Source: an uncultured Christensenellaceae bacterium (GTDB taxonomy: Bacteria; Bacillota; Clostridia; Christensenellales; UBA3700). Taken from it: a DNA stretch of 64,000 nucleotides. The notes beneath the pieces were generated by a model, which was not told the origin of the DNA, made no database searches, and was given only the letters and a program-made list of their open reading frames with translations. Both the position numbers and the translations under genes were made by a program. The stretch's first letter is position 1, and the number at the start of each line of letters is the position of its first letter. Where the stretch lies: NCBI GenBank assembly GCA_910587685.1, contig CAJUMY010000010.1, positions 2,787-66,786 of the forward strand, written 5' to 3'. Of the stretch, positions 28,005 to 37,686 are shown in pieces.

Positions 28005-28145
28005 GAATTGTTTTGCCGCGTACGCTCGATCGTATGGAAGATAATAAGCTAAGACTTTAGTCTGAAATTATCGGCGAAAATCAAATATTATGAAAAAACA
28101 GCTTGGAGATGCGTAAATCGTTCTTCACGCTGTTTTTTTATACGC

Positions 28146-29726
28146 TTATCGATCCTTGTCCTTTTTCTTTTTCTCGGAATACTTTTTCTTGACCTTGGCG
28201 TTGTCGACGAGGTTATGTAGTCCGTGCCAGCAGAGTTGGCGGCGTTCCCACCACAGTTTTTCGAAAAAGCCGAGAAGTTTCGACGGATTGGCTCTTTTTA
28301 CGCTCGCAAATCGCGTAACGCCGTGCATTTTGAGCAGTTCTTCATAGCTCGGGATCTTTTCAAGGAAAGTTTTGTAATCGAGTTTCTTTTCTTCGCTCCA
28401 CGCTTTCTCAGCGAATGCGCCTAGTCTCGGGAATGTCTTGAAGAAGGCGTTATCCATATTGGGAACGAATTCCGTCCATAGGAACGCTTCTAAGCCTATC
28501 ATACGATCGTTCTTTTCTATAAAGTCCGCGCTTTCGCTATATATGCGTTCGAGCGTATTCTGAGCGTAGGGCAGGTCGAGATAGTTGGGTTCGCTGAGTC
28601 CGTTGATAACGTACCGACCGTTCTTCATCTCGTTTAATATATTCGCGTGATTTTCTTTCGGTACGTTCCACGCCATCCATATTATATCGGAGTTGGATTT
28701 GCCGCTTATCTCGTCTTCGTTCCACATTATAGCGGTATAGCCTTTGCTTGAAATGTATTTTCCGACTTCGCTGAGAAAATGTCCTTGCAGTTCGTTTTCG
28801 TTTTTGAGTCCCAGCTCTTTTATCTTCGCTTGACAGCGCGGACATATCTGCCAACGCGTTTTCGGAGCTTCGTCGCCGCCGATATGAATTAGCCCGTCGG
28901 GGAAAAGCTCGGTTATTTCGTCGATAACGTCTTTAACGAACGCGAGAACTTCGTCCTTCCCTCCGCACAGGATATCGTGCTTTATGCCCCAGTGCGTTGC
29001 AACTGGCAGCTTTCTGGCAAAGCATCCGAGCTCGGGATAGGCGTGAAGAGCCGCTTGCATATGCCCCGGCATATCTATTTCGGGAATCACCTTTATATGT
29101 TTTTTGTGAGCGTAGGCGACTATCTCTTTTACGTCGTCTTGCGTATAGAATCCGCCGTGAGGACGCGCGTTGAAATTCGTATGGCTGCGTTTCGACGACT
29201 TTTGAGTCAGAAACGGATACTTTTTTATTTCCACTCGCCAGCCCTGATCTTCCGTAAGGTGCAAATGAAGGAAGTTTAGCTTGTGAAGAGCGATGAGATC
29301 GATGAATTTCTTTACGTCGCTCACGGAGTAAAAATATCTTCCGACGTCGAGCATGAACGCGCGGAAAGAAAAGCGCGGCTTATCCTCTATGGTAAAACAG
29401 GGAATACGCATGGAGTATGCGAGAGTTAGCTGTTTTAACGATTGCATAGCGTAAAAGCATCCCGTTTTTGAAGAAGCGCGTACCGAAATGCGATTGTCGG
29501 AAATTTTTATATAATATCCTTCGTATTCGACGGTTTCGTCCGCTATAACGTTTATCTCGTTAAGGGACACCTTTTCGCTCCTAAGCGAAAGTTTATGGGC
29601 AAAGTCCATAAAGTCGTCTATCTCGTCCTTCCATATTTCAGGAAACGAGATGGAAAAGCCTTTCATAAGATTAACGGTTCCCGCGTCGAGCGAATAGCGA
29701 TAGGGCTCCGGTATCAGTTTTATCAT
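28146..29726 (-). CDS. Beta-N-acetylhexosaminidase (GH20), no signal peptide
   Basis: A GAGG RBS favours the ATG at 29726 ('MIKLIPEP'). GH20 blocks 'RAFMLDVGRYF', 'LNFLHLHLTEDQGWRVEIKKYP' and the catalytic 'HIGGDE'. Confidence 0.9.
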   Translation of the reverse strand: MIKLIPEPYRYSLDAGTVNLMKGFSISFPEIWKDEIDDFMDFAHKLSLRSEKVSLNEINVIADETVEYEGYYIKISDNRISVRASSKTGCFYAMQSLKQLTLAYSMRIPCFTIEDKPRFSFRAFMLDVGRYFYSVSDVKKFIDLIALHKLNFLHLHLTEDQGWRVEIKKYPFLTQKSSKRSHTNFNARPHGGFYTQDDVKEIVAYAHKKHIKVIPEIDMPGHMQAALHAYPELGCFARKLPVATHWGIKHDILCGGKDEVLAFVKDVIDEITELFPDGLIHIGGDEAPKTRWQICPRCQAKIKELGLKNENELQGHFLSEVGKYISSKGYTAIMWNEDEISGKSNSDIIWMAWNVPKENHANILNEMKNGRYVINGLSEPNYLDLPYAQNTLERIYSESADFIEKNDRMIGLEAFLWTEFVPNMDNAFFKTFPRLGAFAEKAWSEEKKLDYKTFLEKIPSYEELLKMHGVTRFASVKRANPSKLLGFFEKLWWERRQLCWHGLHNLVDNAKVKKKYSEKKKKDKDR

Positions 29727-30187
29727 ATCGACCTCGCAAATCAAACGTTGATCGTTTCGTCTGTTACGGCGAAAGCCGCCGAACGTACGATGCAAACAAC
29801 GGAAATTTCGTACGCGAATATTTTATCATACGGAGAAAAACAAAGTCAAACGCGTGCGGTTTCAAATAACGTTTCTTTGAAATTTTGTTTCGAAAACCAC
29901 TGTCACACGTAACGGCATAAGAGGAAATAAATCTCGTTTTTTACACTTTTATGCTACGCCGAATATGCGAGAATATTCCAATATTGTGAAAGATGCGAAA
30001 CCGCAGAAACGGGCGGCTCTGGTTCCATGCAAAATATGAATATTTGAGGGTTTTCAAAAACGAGTTGAATCGGATTCAAGCGAATATTACGGGCAGTCAT
30101 AGATTTTGAAGAAAACGCTTGATACAGTCGGTTAAGAGGTAGCGTTTTGCGAGCATAAGCGGGTGTTTTTACGTGTGCGGGATTGAT

Positions 30188-30237
30188 GAGTTATCCACAT
30201 AAACGTGCGTTCGTGTGAACAACTATGTGGATAACTC
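30188..30237. promoter_or_regulatory. Perfect 14-bp inverted repeat carrying two consensus DnaA boxes (TTATCCACA / TGTGGATAA)
   Basis: gagttatccacata (30188-30201) and tatgtggataactc (30224-30237) are separated by 22 nt. The pair sits inside a gene-poor interval of about 650 bp (29727-30449). Confidence 0.5.
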
Positions 30238-30449
30238 GTATAAAAACGACAAAATTTAACGTTATGAAACAAAATCATATTATTTTTGACGGCAAAACGG
30301 ATAATGACCAAGAATATGATTTCGGGAAAATTTGCGATAAGAAAGATGTTTTCCAAAGATAAAGAACACGATAAAAGAAATATAAAAAACGAATGAAACT
30401 AAGTGCTATTTTATACGGCGCGTCAATACATTAAAAAGGGAGATCGTTT

Positions 30450-31139
30450 ATGTTTGTTATTGTTAAAAAGAAGGCCGTTATCGCCGTCGTATTGTGCCTT
30501 ACGGTCATGAGCGTTGCGCTTACGGCTTGCTTTACGGCGAGCGCGAGCGTTTCGCCGTCGTTTGATAAGGTGATAGTGCTCGACGCGGGTCACGGAGGAG
30601 TGGACGGAGGAGTCGTCGGAAGCAGCGGCATAAAGGAGAGCGAGCTCAATCTTAAGATAGTCAAGGAACTCGAAAAAGAATTGAAGCGTATGAATTACGG
30701 CGTAGTTTTGACAAGGACGGGCGACGAGGCGCTTGCAGGCGGCAAAAAAGCCGATATGCAGGCAAGAAAGAAGGTCATAGACGAAGCGAACGCCGATATG
30801 GTCGTCAGCATACACATCAATAAGTTTTCCGACGCGAGACGAAGAGGCGTTCAAGTTTTTTACGACGATACGAAAAGGTGGACGGCGCAGGGAATGTACA
30901 TGCAGAACGTAATGAACGAGTTCGTCAACAAAAAGTATGCGAAAAGGGATAATCTTTCGGCGCTGGGCGGCGATTATTTCATAGTTAAATGCAGTAACGT
31001 TCCTTCCATAATAATAGAATGCGGATTCATATCGAACAGCGAAGATCAAAAACTTCTTACGAGCCGCGAATACAGAGAATATCTAGCAAAGTATATAGCG
31101 ATAGGCATAGATTCTCTTTTGTCCGACGGATCTCGATGA
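30450..31139 (+). CDS. cwlD: N-acetylmuramoyl-L-alanine amidase (Amidase_3), germination-specific CwlD-like
   Basis: GGGAGA RBS. An N-terminal TM/signal is followed by 'VIVLDAGHGGVDGG', 'ESELNLKIVKEL', 'ADMVVSIHIN' and 'PSIIIECGFISNSEDQKLL', colinear with B. subtilis CwlD as I remember it. Confidence 0.78.
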   Translation: MFVIVKKKAVIAVVLCLTVMSVALTACFTASASVSPSFDKVIVLDAGHGGVDGGVVGSSGIKESELNLKIVKELEKELKRMNYGVVLTRTGDEALAGGKKADMQARKKVIDEANADMVVSIHINKFSDARRRGVQVFYDDTKRWTAQGMYMQNVMNEFVNKKYAKRDNLSALGGDYFIVKCSNVPSIIIECGFISNSEDQKLLTSREYREYLAKYIAIGIDSLLSDGSR

Positions 31140-31283
31140 GCGGGAAGACGGCGTTTTTTTAATGTAATTTTTTCGATTCAATTATAAAACGCGTATACAA
31201 ATTACATATTTTCTCGGTTTACTTTCGATTTTAAGTATGGTATAATATTTAAAACATTGTATTTGTTAAGAGGTTTCGTTGAT

Positions 31284-31892
31284 ATGGGAAGGAAGAGAGA
31301 TAACGCGGAAAACAATTCGCCCGATAACGTTGAGAAGGTAGGTAAACTTAAAAAGAGAATAATTAGAGCCGAACAGCTCTATCTCATCGCGAATGCGCTC
31401 ATTACGCTGCTTCTTGCGGTATTCTCGGTGAAGGATATGTTTGCGGACGGTACGCTCGGCGCGATACAGTACGTCGTCATTGCGCTCATAGTTGCATACA
31501 TTTTAGCGTTCGTTACTCTCATTGCTCTATTTAGCGGGAACAGGTCCGAGCTGAAACGCAATCTTAAGAATTATAAGTTTGCCGTCAAAATAATGAAGGG
31601 AGTTATCGGTATAATCAACCCGATAATGGCGCTCATAGTTCTCTTCGAAGGACTGGAGAGCAGCGTCGGCGCGAGCAAGATATTCGCAGTCATAGTAGGT
31701 ATTCTCGGCGTTGCGCTTGCTGTCGTAAAACTGTTGTCTAAGATAGTGAAGTTCGCGCGTAAAAAGAAGAAAGAGAAGAAAAAGAGATTAAAGAAAGAAG
31801 AGCGGCAACTGAGAAAGGAACAAAGGAAACTTATCGCTGATAAAAGCGCCGTAGAAGAGATAACTTCGACGGACGAAGAAGGCGAAAAGTAA
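31284..31892 (+). CDS. Hypothetical membrane protein with a Lys/Glu-rich C-terminal tail
   Basis: An AAGAGG RBS precedes ATG 31284. Four hydrophobic helices are followed by 'ARKKKKEKKKRLKKEERQLRKEQRK'. No family recognised. Confidence 0.55.
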   Translation: MGRKRDNAENNSPDNVEKVGKLKKRIIRAEQLYLIANALITLLLAVFSVKDMFADGTLGAIQYVVIALIVAYILAFVTLIALFSGNRSELKRNLKNYKFAVKIMKGVIGIINPIMALIVLFEGLESSVGASKIFAVIVGILGVALAVVKLLSKIVKFARKKKKEKKKRLKKEERQLRKEQRKLIADKSAVEEITSTDEEGEK

Positions 31893-32009
31893 TATAAATA
31901 TTTAACTCAAATAAACGATCGGCTGAGTCGAAAGGGCATCCTGACGGTAAAGCGACTTAATAATATTACAGCGGCTTTGCGCTCAATGCCGCAATATGAT
32001 TACGTCGGG

Positions 32010-32034
32010 TACGCCTTTAGGCGTATCTTTTTTA
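32010..32034 (+). terminator. Rho-independent terminator
   Basis: tacgcc (32010-32015), loop ttta, ggcgta (32020-32025), followed by tctttttt. Confidence 0.6.
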
Positions 32035-32066
32035 TAGCGATAACGTATTTGGAAGGAGAAGAATTT

Positions 32067-32318
32067 ATGGATAACAGAATAGCTCTTATCGGAATAATCG
32101 TGGAGTCGGAGGGTAACGACTCTATAGATCGACTCAACGATATCCTTCACGCGTACGGCAAAGTGATAATCGGCAGAATGGGCATCCCTTACAGGGAAAA
32201 AGGCGTTAATATAATAAGTATCGTCGTAGACGCGCCGAACGACGTTGTATCGTCGCTTGCCGGCAAGATAGGCGCGCTTAAAAACGTCAGCGTCAAGACT
32301 ATGGTGGCGAAGAGATGA
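32067..32318 (+). CDS. Putative iron-only hydrogenase system regulator (TM1266-like ACT-fold protein)
   Basis: A GGAAGGAGA RBS precedes ATG 32067. 83 aa: 'RIALIGIIVESEGNDSIDRLNDILHAYGKVIIGRMGIPYREKGVNIISIVVDAP'. Its stop overlaps the hydE start. Confidence 0.7.
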   Translation: MDNRIALIGIIVESEGNDSIDRLNDILHAYGKVIIGRMGIPYREKGVNIISIVVDAPNDVVSSLAGKIGALKNVSVKTMVAKR

Positions 32319-33265
32319 CTCTGTCCGATAACGAAATACTTGCATATCTAAAAGGACGCGACGACAAGGAACTCTTTGCGCTTGCCGACGGCGTGAGAGA
32401 AAAGAACGTAGGCGATACCGTTCATATAAGGGGGATACTCGAGTTTAGCAACAAATGCGCGAGGAACTGCGCGTACTGCGGACTTAGGGCTATGAATAAT
32501 ACCGTTACTCGGTACAGCATGACGAAAGAAGAGATAGAGAAAGCGAGCGACGAAGCGTACGTCTCGGGATACAAGACCATAGTGCTTCAAAGCGGAGAAT
32601 ATATTCCGTATCCTATAGATATGCTAGCCGAAATCGTAAGTTATATAGCGGAGAAAGGAATGACCGTCACGCTGAGTATCGGGGAAATATCAAAGGATAA
32701 AATGAAGCTTCTCTATGACGCGGGAGCGAGACGATATCTCATAAAGCACGAGACGGCGAACGAAGAGCTGTATAACAGACTGCATAAAGATTCATCCTTC
32801 GAGAAGAGAATGAGGGCTATATACGACGTTAAGGATATAGGCTACGAGGTAGGCGGAGGTTTTCTCATAGGACTTCCCGAGACCGATGAGAGAGATATTC
32901 TCAACGATCTTCGGCTCGTGGGATCCGTGCCGCTCGATATGTGCGGTATAGGAACGTTCATACCGTGCGGGAATACTCCTCTTGAAAACGAGAAGAAAGG
33001 GAGCGCGATATTGACGAAGAGAGCCGTTGCGCTTACGAGACTCGTTCTCGAAAGGGCGAATATTCCGGTCACGACCTCGTTGAGATCGATAGATGACGGA
33101 ACGCTGTTCAATTACGGAGCGAACGTTATTATGACCAAACTCACTCCCGAAAGATACAGGAATATGTACGAAATATATCCGCTCGACGTCGTTTCTAAGG
33201 GCATAAAAGAGGAAAGAGCCGAGATAGAAAGTCTCATAGCGAGAGAAGGAAGGAAGCCGCTCTGA
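32315..33265 (+). CDS. hydE: [FeFe]-hydrogenase maturase HydE (radical SAM)
   Basis: Radical-SAM motif 'CARNCAYCGLRA', biotin-synthase-like fold, and its position upstream of hydG-hydF. Confidence 0.85.
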   Translation: MTLSDNEILAYLKGRDDKELFALADGVREKNVGDTVHIRGILEFSNKCARNCAYCGLRAMNNTVTRYSMTKEEIEKASDEAYVSGYKTIVLQSGEYIPYPIDMLAEIVSYIAEKGMTVTLSIGEISKDKMKLLYDAGARRYLIKHETANEELYNRLHKDSSFEKRMRAIYDVKDIGYEVGGGFLIGLPETDERDILNDLRLVGSVPLDMCGIGTFIPCGNTPLENEKKGSAILTKRAVALTRLVLERANIPVTTSLRSIDDGTLFNYGANVIMTKLTPERYRNMYEIYPLDVVSKGIKEERAEIESLIAREGRKPL

Positions 33266-33422
33266 CGGCGCTGAAGAGATACCGACGGGAAATGATACGG
33301 TTTGGTAAAATAATAACGATTCACCGTTTACGGCGTGAAACGCTCATTGATAGGGAAGCAGATAAAAATTACGTAAATGTATAGATAGAAAAAACGTCTT
33401 TAAGACAAGGAGATATGGGATA

Positions 33423-34838
33423 ATGTACGATAGCAGGTCGAAAAAAGCTGAGGAGTTCATTGACGATAGCGAGATAAAACGTACGCTCGAATACGCCGAA
33501 AAGCATCGCGGCGATATCGAGCTTCTTGAAGCGATACTTGAAAAAGGAGCGTTATTCAAGGGTATAACCTATGAAGAGGCGGCGCTTCTCCTCGAGTGCG
33601 CCGATAAGGATATAGAGGAGAGGATATTCGCTCTTGCGGGTGAAATAAAGCGTAAATTCTACGGCAACAGGATAGTTATGTTTGCGCCGCTGTATCTTTC
33701 GAATTATTGCATCAACGGCTGTAAATACTGTCCGTATCATATGAAGAACAAGGGTATCGCGCGAAAAAAGTTGAGTCAGGAAGATATCAAGAGAGAAGTT
33801 ATAGCTCTTCAGGATATGGGGCATAAAAGATTAGCAATCGAGTCGGGAGAAGATCCTATCAACAATCCTATAGAGTATATTCTCGAAAGCATAAAGACCA
33901 TATATTCGATAAAGCATGAGAACGGAGCGATAAGACGCGTCAACGTCAATATCGCGGCGACGAGCGTCGAGAATTATAGACGGCTCAATGAAGCAGGTAT
34001 AGGAACGTATATCCTGTTCCAAGAGACCTATCACAAGGAGACGTATGAAGAACTTCATCCGAGCGGACCCAAGAAAGATTACGCATACCATACCGAGGCG
34101 ATGGATAGGGCTATGACGGGAGGAATCGACGATGTAGGCATAGGCGTTCTTTTCGGGCTCAATCTTTATAAGTACGATTTCGTCGGGCTCCTCATGCACG
34201 CCAAGCATCTCGAGGATACGTTCGGAGTGGGACCGCATACGATAAGCGTTCCGAGAATATGCCCCGCTGACGATATAGACGTCAAAGATTACGATAATTC
34301 CATACCCGACGCCATATTCAAGAAGATAGTAGCGATTCTCAGGATAGCCGTTCCGTATACGGGCATTATCGTGTCGACGAGAGAGTCCGAGAGAGTCAGG
34401 AGCGAAGTCATAAAGCTTGGAGTTTCGCAGATCAGCGGAGGTTCGAGGACGAGCGTCGGAGGCTACGCCGACGGCGGAGAGGAAGAGAATTCGTCGCAGT
34501 TCGACGTGAGCGATAAGCGTTCGCTCGACGAAGTGGTCGGCTGGCTCATGGACAGCGGGCATATCCCGTCGTTCTGCACGGCGTGCTACAGAGAGGGCAG
34601 GACGGGGGACAGATTCATGTCTCTTTGCAAGTCGGGCAATATCGCGAACGTATGTCAGGCAAACGCTATAATGACGCTTTCGGAATATCTTGAAGATTAC
34701 GCGTCGCCGAATACGAAAATAAAGGGTTACGAGACGATAGAAAAAGAAATCGCTTTAATACCGAACGAGAGAACGAAAGAGATAGTTAAAAACAGGATAG
34801 AGGAGATAAAAGACGGCAAGAGAGACTTCCGTTTTTAG
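33423..34838 (+). CDS. hydG: [FeFe]-hydrogenase maturase HydG (radical SAM tyrosine lyase)
   Basis: 'CINGCKYCPY' radical-SAM cluster motif plus the C-terminal auxiliary-cluster cysteines 'CTACYREGRTGDRFMSLCKSG'. Confidence 0.9.
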   Translation: MYDSRSKKAEEFIDDSEIKRTLEYAEKHRGDIELLEAILEKGALFKGITYEEAALLLECADKDIEERIFALAGEIKRKFYGNRIVMFAPLYLSNYCINGCKYCPYHMKNKGIARKKLSQEDIKREVIALQDMGHKRLAIESGEDPINNPIEYILESIKTIYSIKHENGAIRRVNVNIAATSVENYRRLNEAGIGTYILFQETYHKETYEELHPSGPKKDYAYHTEAMDRAMTGGIDDVGIGVLFGLNLYKYDFVGLLMHAKHLEDTFGVGPHTISVPRICPADDIDVKDYDNSIPDAIFKKIVAILRIAVPYTGIIVSTRESERVRSEVIKLGVSQISGGSRTSVGGYADGGEEENSSQFDVSDKRSLDEVVGWLMDSGHIPSFCTACYREGRTGDRFMSLCKSGNIANVCQANAIMTLSEYLEDYASPNTKIKGYETIEKEIALIPNERTKEIVKNRIEEIKDGKRDFRF

Positions 34839-34847
34839 CGCAGAAAT

Positions 34848-36011
34848 ATGAATACTTTGCCAAAGGCAGAAAGATTGAGAATAGGAGTATTCGGAACGGC
34901 GAACGCAGGTAAGTCGACGTTCGTCAATACTCTGACGAGACAGCAGATCTCGATAGTGTCCGACGTTAAGGGAACGACTACCGACCCCGTAGAGAAGGCG
35001 GTCGAGCTTCCGTCCATCGGAGCTTGCGTTATAATAGATACGGCGGGTTACGGCGATAACGGCGGGCATCTTTCGAATATGAGAGAGGAGAGAACCGAAA
35101 GAGCGTTAAGTTCGACGGATATAGCTATAGTTATAGTATCGGGTTCTAAGGAAGATAACGACTTCGTTAAAAGGCTGAAACGCATGAAAAAGAAGGCGTT
35201 ATACGTTGTTAACGCGTATAATGACGTTGAAAAAGCGAAAGAGCTTTTGACAAAGAACGCTCTCGAATACAGCGTTATCGACGCGGCGAATTATAAAGAC
35301 GTCGTTTCGCTCTTTCCGAAAATCGCTTCATTGATACCCGAAGATTTCAATGCAAGCGCCATCATATCTCATCTTGTGCGCGAGGGCGACGTCGTTATGC
35401 TCGTTATGCCGCAGGATAAAGAGGCTCCGAAAAAGCGGCTCATCCTACCCGAATCTTCAACTATAAGGGAACTGATAGACAGAAGGTGTATCACGGTCGC
35501 AGTGAATGTCGACAGCGTAAAAGACGCATTGAAACTCGTTACGCCGTCTCTCGTCGTCGTCGATTCTCAAGTGATGAAGACAGTGTCGGACATCATTCCG
35601 AAGGACGTACGGCTGACGTCGTTTTCGGCGCTTTTCGCAAGGTATAAAGGAGATATAGACGAGTTTGTAAAAGGAGCGAAAGCTATGGATATGCTATCCG
35701 AAAATTCGCATATCCTTATTGCGGAGGCTTGCAGTCACTCACCCTTAGAGGAGGATATCGGCACGGTCAAAATACCGAAACTCTTGAGAAAGAGATACGG
35801 AGAAGGGATCGATATTGACTTTGCGAGCGGAGTAGATTTTCCTAAAGATATAGAAAGTTACGATCTTATCATCCATTGCGGGGCGTGTATGTTCAACAGG
35901 CGATTTGTGCTCTCTAGACAGGAGAGAGCGAAAGATGCGGGCGTTCCTATGACAAATTACGGTATAGCGATAGCCTATCTATCGGGTATTTTGGATAAAA
36001 TAGTCTATTGA
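34848..36011 (+). CDS. hydF: [FeFe]-hydrogenase maturase HydF (GTPase scaffold)
   Basis: G1 'GTANAGKSTFVN', G3 'DTAG', and C-terminal cluster ligands 'EACSH' and 'HCGACMF'. Confidence 0.87.
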   Translation: MNTLPKAERLRIGVFGTANAGKSTFVNTLTRQQISIVSDVKGTTTDPVEKAVELPSIGACVIIDTAGYGDNGGHLSNMREERTERALSSTDIAIVIVSGSKEDNDFVKRLKRMKKKALYVVNAYNDVEKAKELLTKNALEYSVIDAANYKDVVSLFPKIASLIPEDFNASAIISHLVREGDVVMLVMPQDKEAPKKRLILPESSTIRELIDRRCITVAVNVDSVKDALKLVTPSLVVVDSQVMKTVSDIIPKDVRLTSFSALFARYKGDIDEFVKGAKAMDMLSENSHILIAEACSHSPLEEDIGTVKIPKLLRKRYGEGIDIDFASGVDFPKDIESYDLIIHCGACMFNRRFVLSRQERAKDAGVPMTNYGIAIAYLSGILDKIVY

Positions 36012-36028
36012 TATAAGTTGGAGATATT

Positions 36029-37438
36029 ATGCGAATAAATAAGGACTTTGCTCTCTTTACAAAATATGTTTCGATGAATATGTTGAGCATGATAGCGCTC
36101 GCTTGCTATTTTCTTGCCGATACTTACTTCATTGCGAACGGAGTGGGCAGCGGAGGAATAGTTGCGCTCAATATCGTACTGCCTGTCTTTAGCGTAATGC
36201 ACGGTATAGGTCATATGTTCGGTATAGGCGGAGCGTCGCTGTTTTCTATACGCAAATCGAACGACGACAAGGCGGGAAGCAGAATATTCACGGAGGTCGC
36301 GGTCATAGGCGTTGCTATCGGCATAGTTATAACCGTGATGGCGCTTGTATTTCCAAAGCAGATAATAAGGCTTCTCGGCGGCGAGGAGAATATAGTCGAA
36401 CTTGCGAAGACGTATCTTACGACTATCGTGATATACGCGCCGTTCTTTATTCTCAACAATACGGTAGTTGCGTTCGTGAGGAACGATAACGATCCTAAAC
36501 TTTCGATGATAGCTATGATAGTCGCGAGTTTGAGCAACGTTTTACTAGACTATATTTTCATCTATCCCATGAAACTCGGTATGTTCGGCGCGGCTCTTGC
36601 AACGGGACTTTCTCCGATATTTTCGCTGCTGATATGTTCTTTCCATTTCATCAAGAAGAGGAGTACGTTCACGCTATCGAAGTGCCGTTTCAACGGCAAG
36701 GAGATACTAAAGAGCATGACGCTCGGCGCGCAGGCTCTTATCGGAGAATTGGCTTCGGGAGTAGTGATATTGCTCTTCAATATGGCTATGCTAAAATACG
36801 TAGGAGATATGGGAGTTGCCGCCTACGGCATTATCGCTAATATCGTCCTCGTCGCGATCGCTCTCTTTAACGGCATAGGGCAAGGTATGCAACCTATTTT
36901 GAGCGACGCTTACGGCAGCGGACAGACCGAGCGAATAAAACGGGCGCTCATATACGGCGTAGTACTATCGACGGTACTTGGAACTCTAGTCCTGATATTC
37001 GGTACGGTATTCGACGGAGCGATAGTAAAGATATTCAACAAAGACGGCGGCGAAGAACTGCAACGCATCGCAGAGAGGGGTATAGACGTATATTTCATCG
37101 CGTTCTTGTTTTCGGGAATAAATATCGTCTTGACGTTCTTTTACGGCGCTACGAATCGCGCCGTGGAATCAATGGTCATTTCCCTTTTAAGAGGCGTAGT
37201 CGGCGTATTCGTATTCATTATGATACTTCCGAGATTTATCGGCGTCGACGGGATATGGGCGACGACGCCCGTTGCGGAGGGTTTGACGTTCGTCGCGGCG
37301 GCTGTATATACGGTATTTTTCGTACGAAACATTTACGGAAAGCAGAGAAAAACGAACGAAGCGGATAAGAAATCCGATCGAGAAGAAGATATGGTCGTCG
37401 ATACTTTGCCAAACACCGATCAGTGCGATATAAAATGA
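36029..37438 (+). CDS. MATE family efflux transporter
   Basis: About 12 TM helices with two-fold internal repeat character. Typical MatE N-terminus 'FTKYVSMNMLSMIALACYFLADTYFIANGVG'. Confidence 0.85.
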   Translation: MRINKDFALFTKYVSMNMLSMIALACYFLADTYFIANGVGSGGIVALNIVLPVFSVMHGIGHMFGIGGASLFSIRKSNDDKAGSRIFTEVAVIGVAIGIVITVMALVFPKQIIRLLGGEENIVELAKTYLTTIVIYAPFFILNNTVVAFVRNDNDPKLSMIAMIVASLSNVLLDYIFIYPMKLGMFGAALATGLSPIFSLLICSFHFIKKRSTFTLSKCRFNGKEILKSMTLGAQALIGELASGVVILLFNMAMLKYVGDMGVAAYGIIANIVLVAIALFNGIGQGMQPILSDAYGSGQTERIKRALIYGVVLSTVLGTLVLIFGTVFDGAIVKIFNKDGGEELQRIAERGIDVYFIAFLFSGINIVLTFFYGATNRAVESMVISLLRGVVGVFVFIMILPRFIGVDGIWATTPVAEGLTFVAAAVYTVFFVRNIYGKQRKTNEADKKSDREEDMVVDTLPNTDQCDIK

Positions 37439-37686
37439 GTACAAGTTCCATCTCGAACGTTTAGATAAAATGCGAAAATTTATAATTTATATTGAACGTG
37501 TATAATAAAATTTAACCGCGCTAATTGATTTTTATAAATAACTGTGTTAAAATTTAACGATAAACTATATCGACCCTTGACCGATGCGTTAAAAAGTGTC
37601 TTTAACGTAAGTCCGGGAAAAATATATGGCGTTTACGATACGCGGCATAACGAATGTAAAATAATGAAAGGGAAAAGGAAAAATCT

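Noticed and set aside
30132-30356. A 74-aa minus-strand ORF inside the long GH20-cwlD intergenic region.
   Set aside because: It has no RBS and an implausible composition, and it overlaps the DnaA-box palindrome. It is not supported as coding.
29727-30449. Replication origin (oriC), suggested by the two consensus DnaA boxes and the origin-proximal-type rpsF-ssb-rpsR operon in the window.
   Set aside because: There are only two boxes, arranged as one palindrome. I saw no cluster of additional boxes, no obvious AT-rich 13-mer/DUE array, and no dnaA, dnaN or rpmH nearby. The evidence is insufficient for an oriC call.
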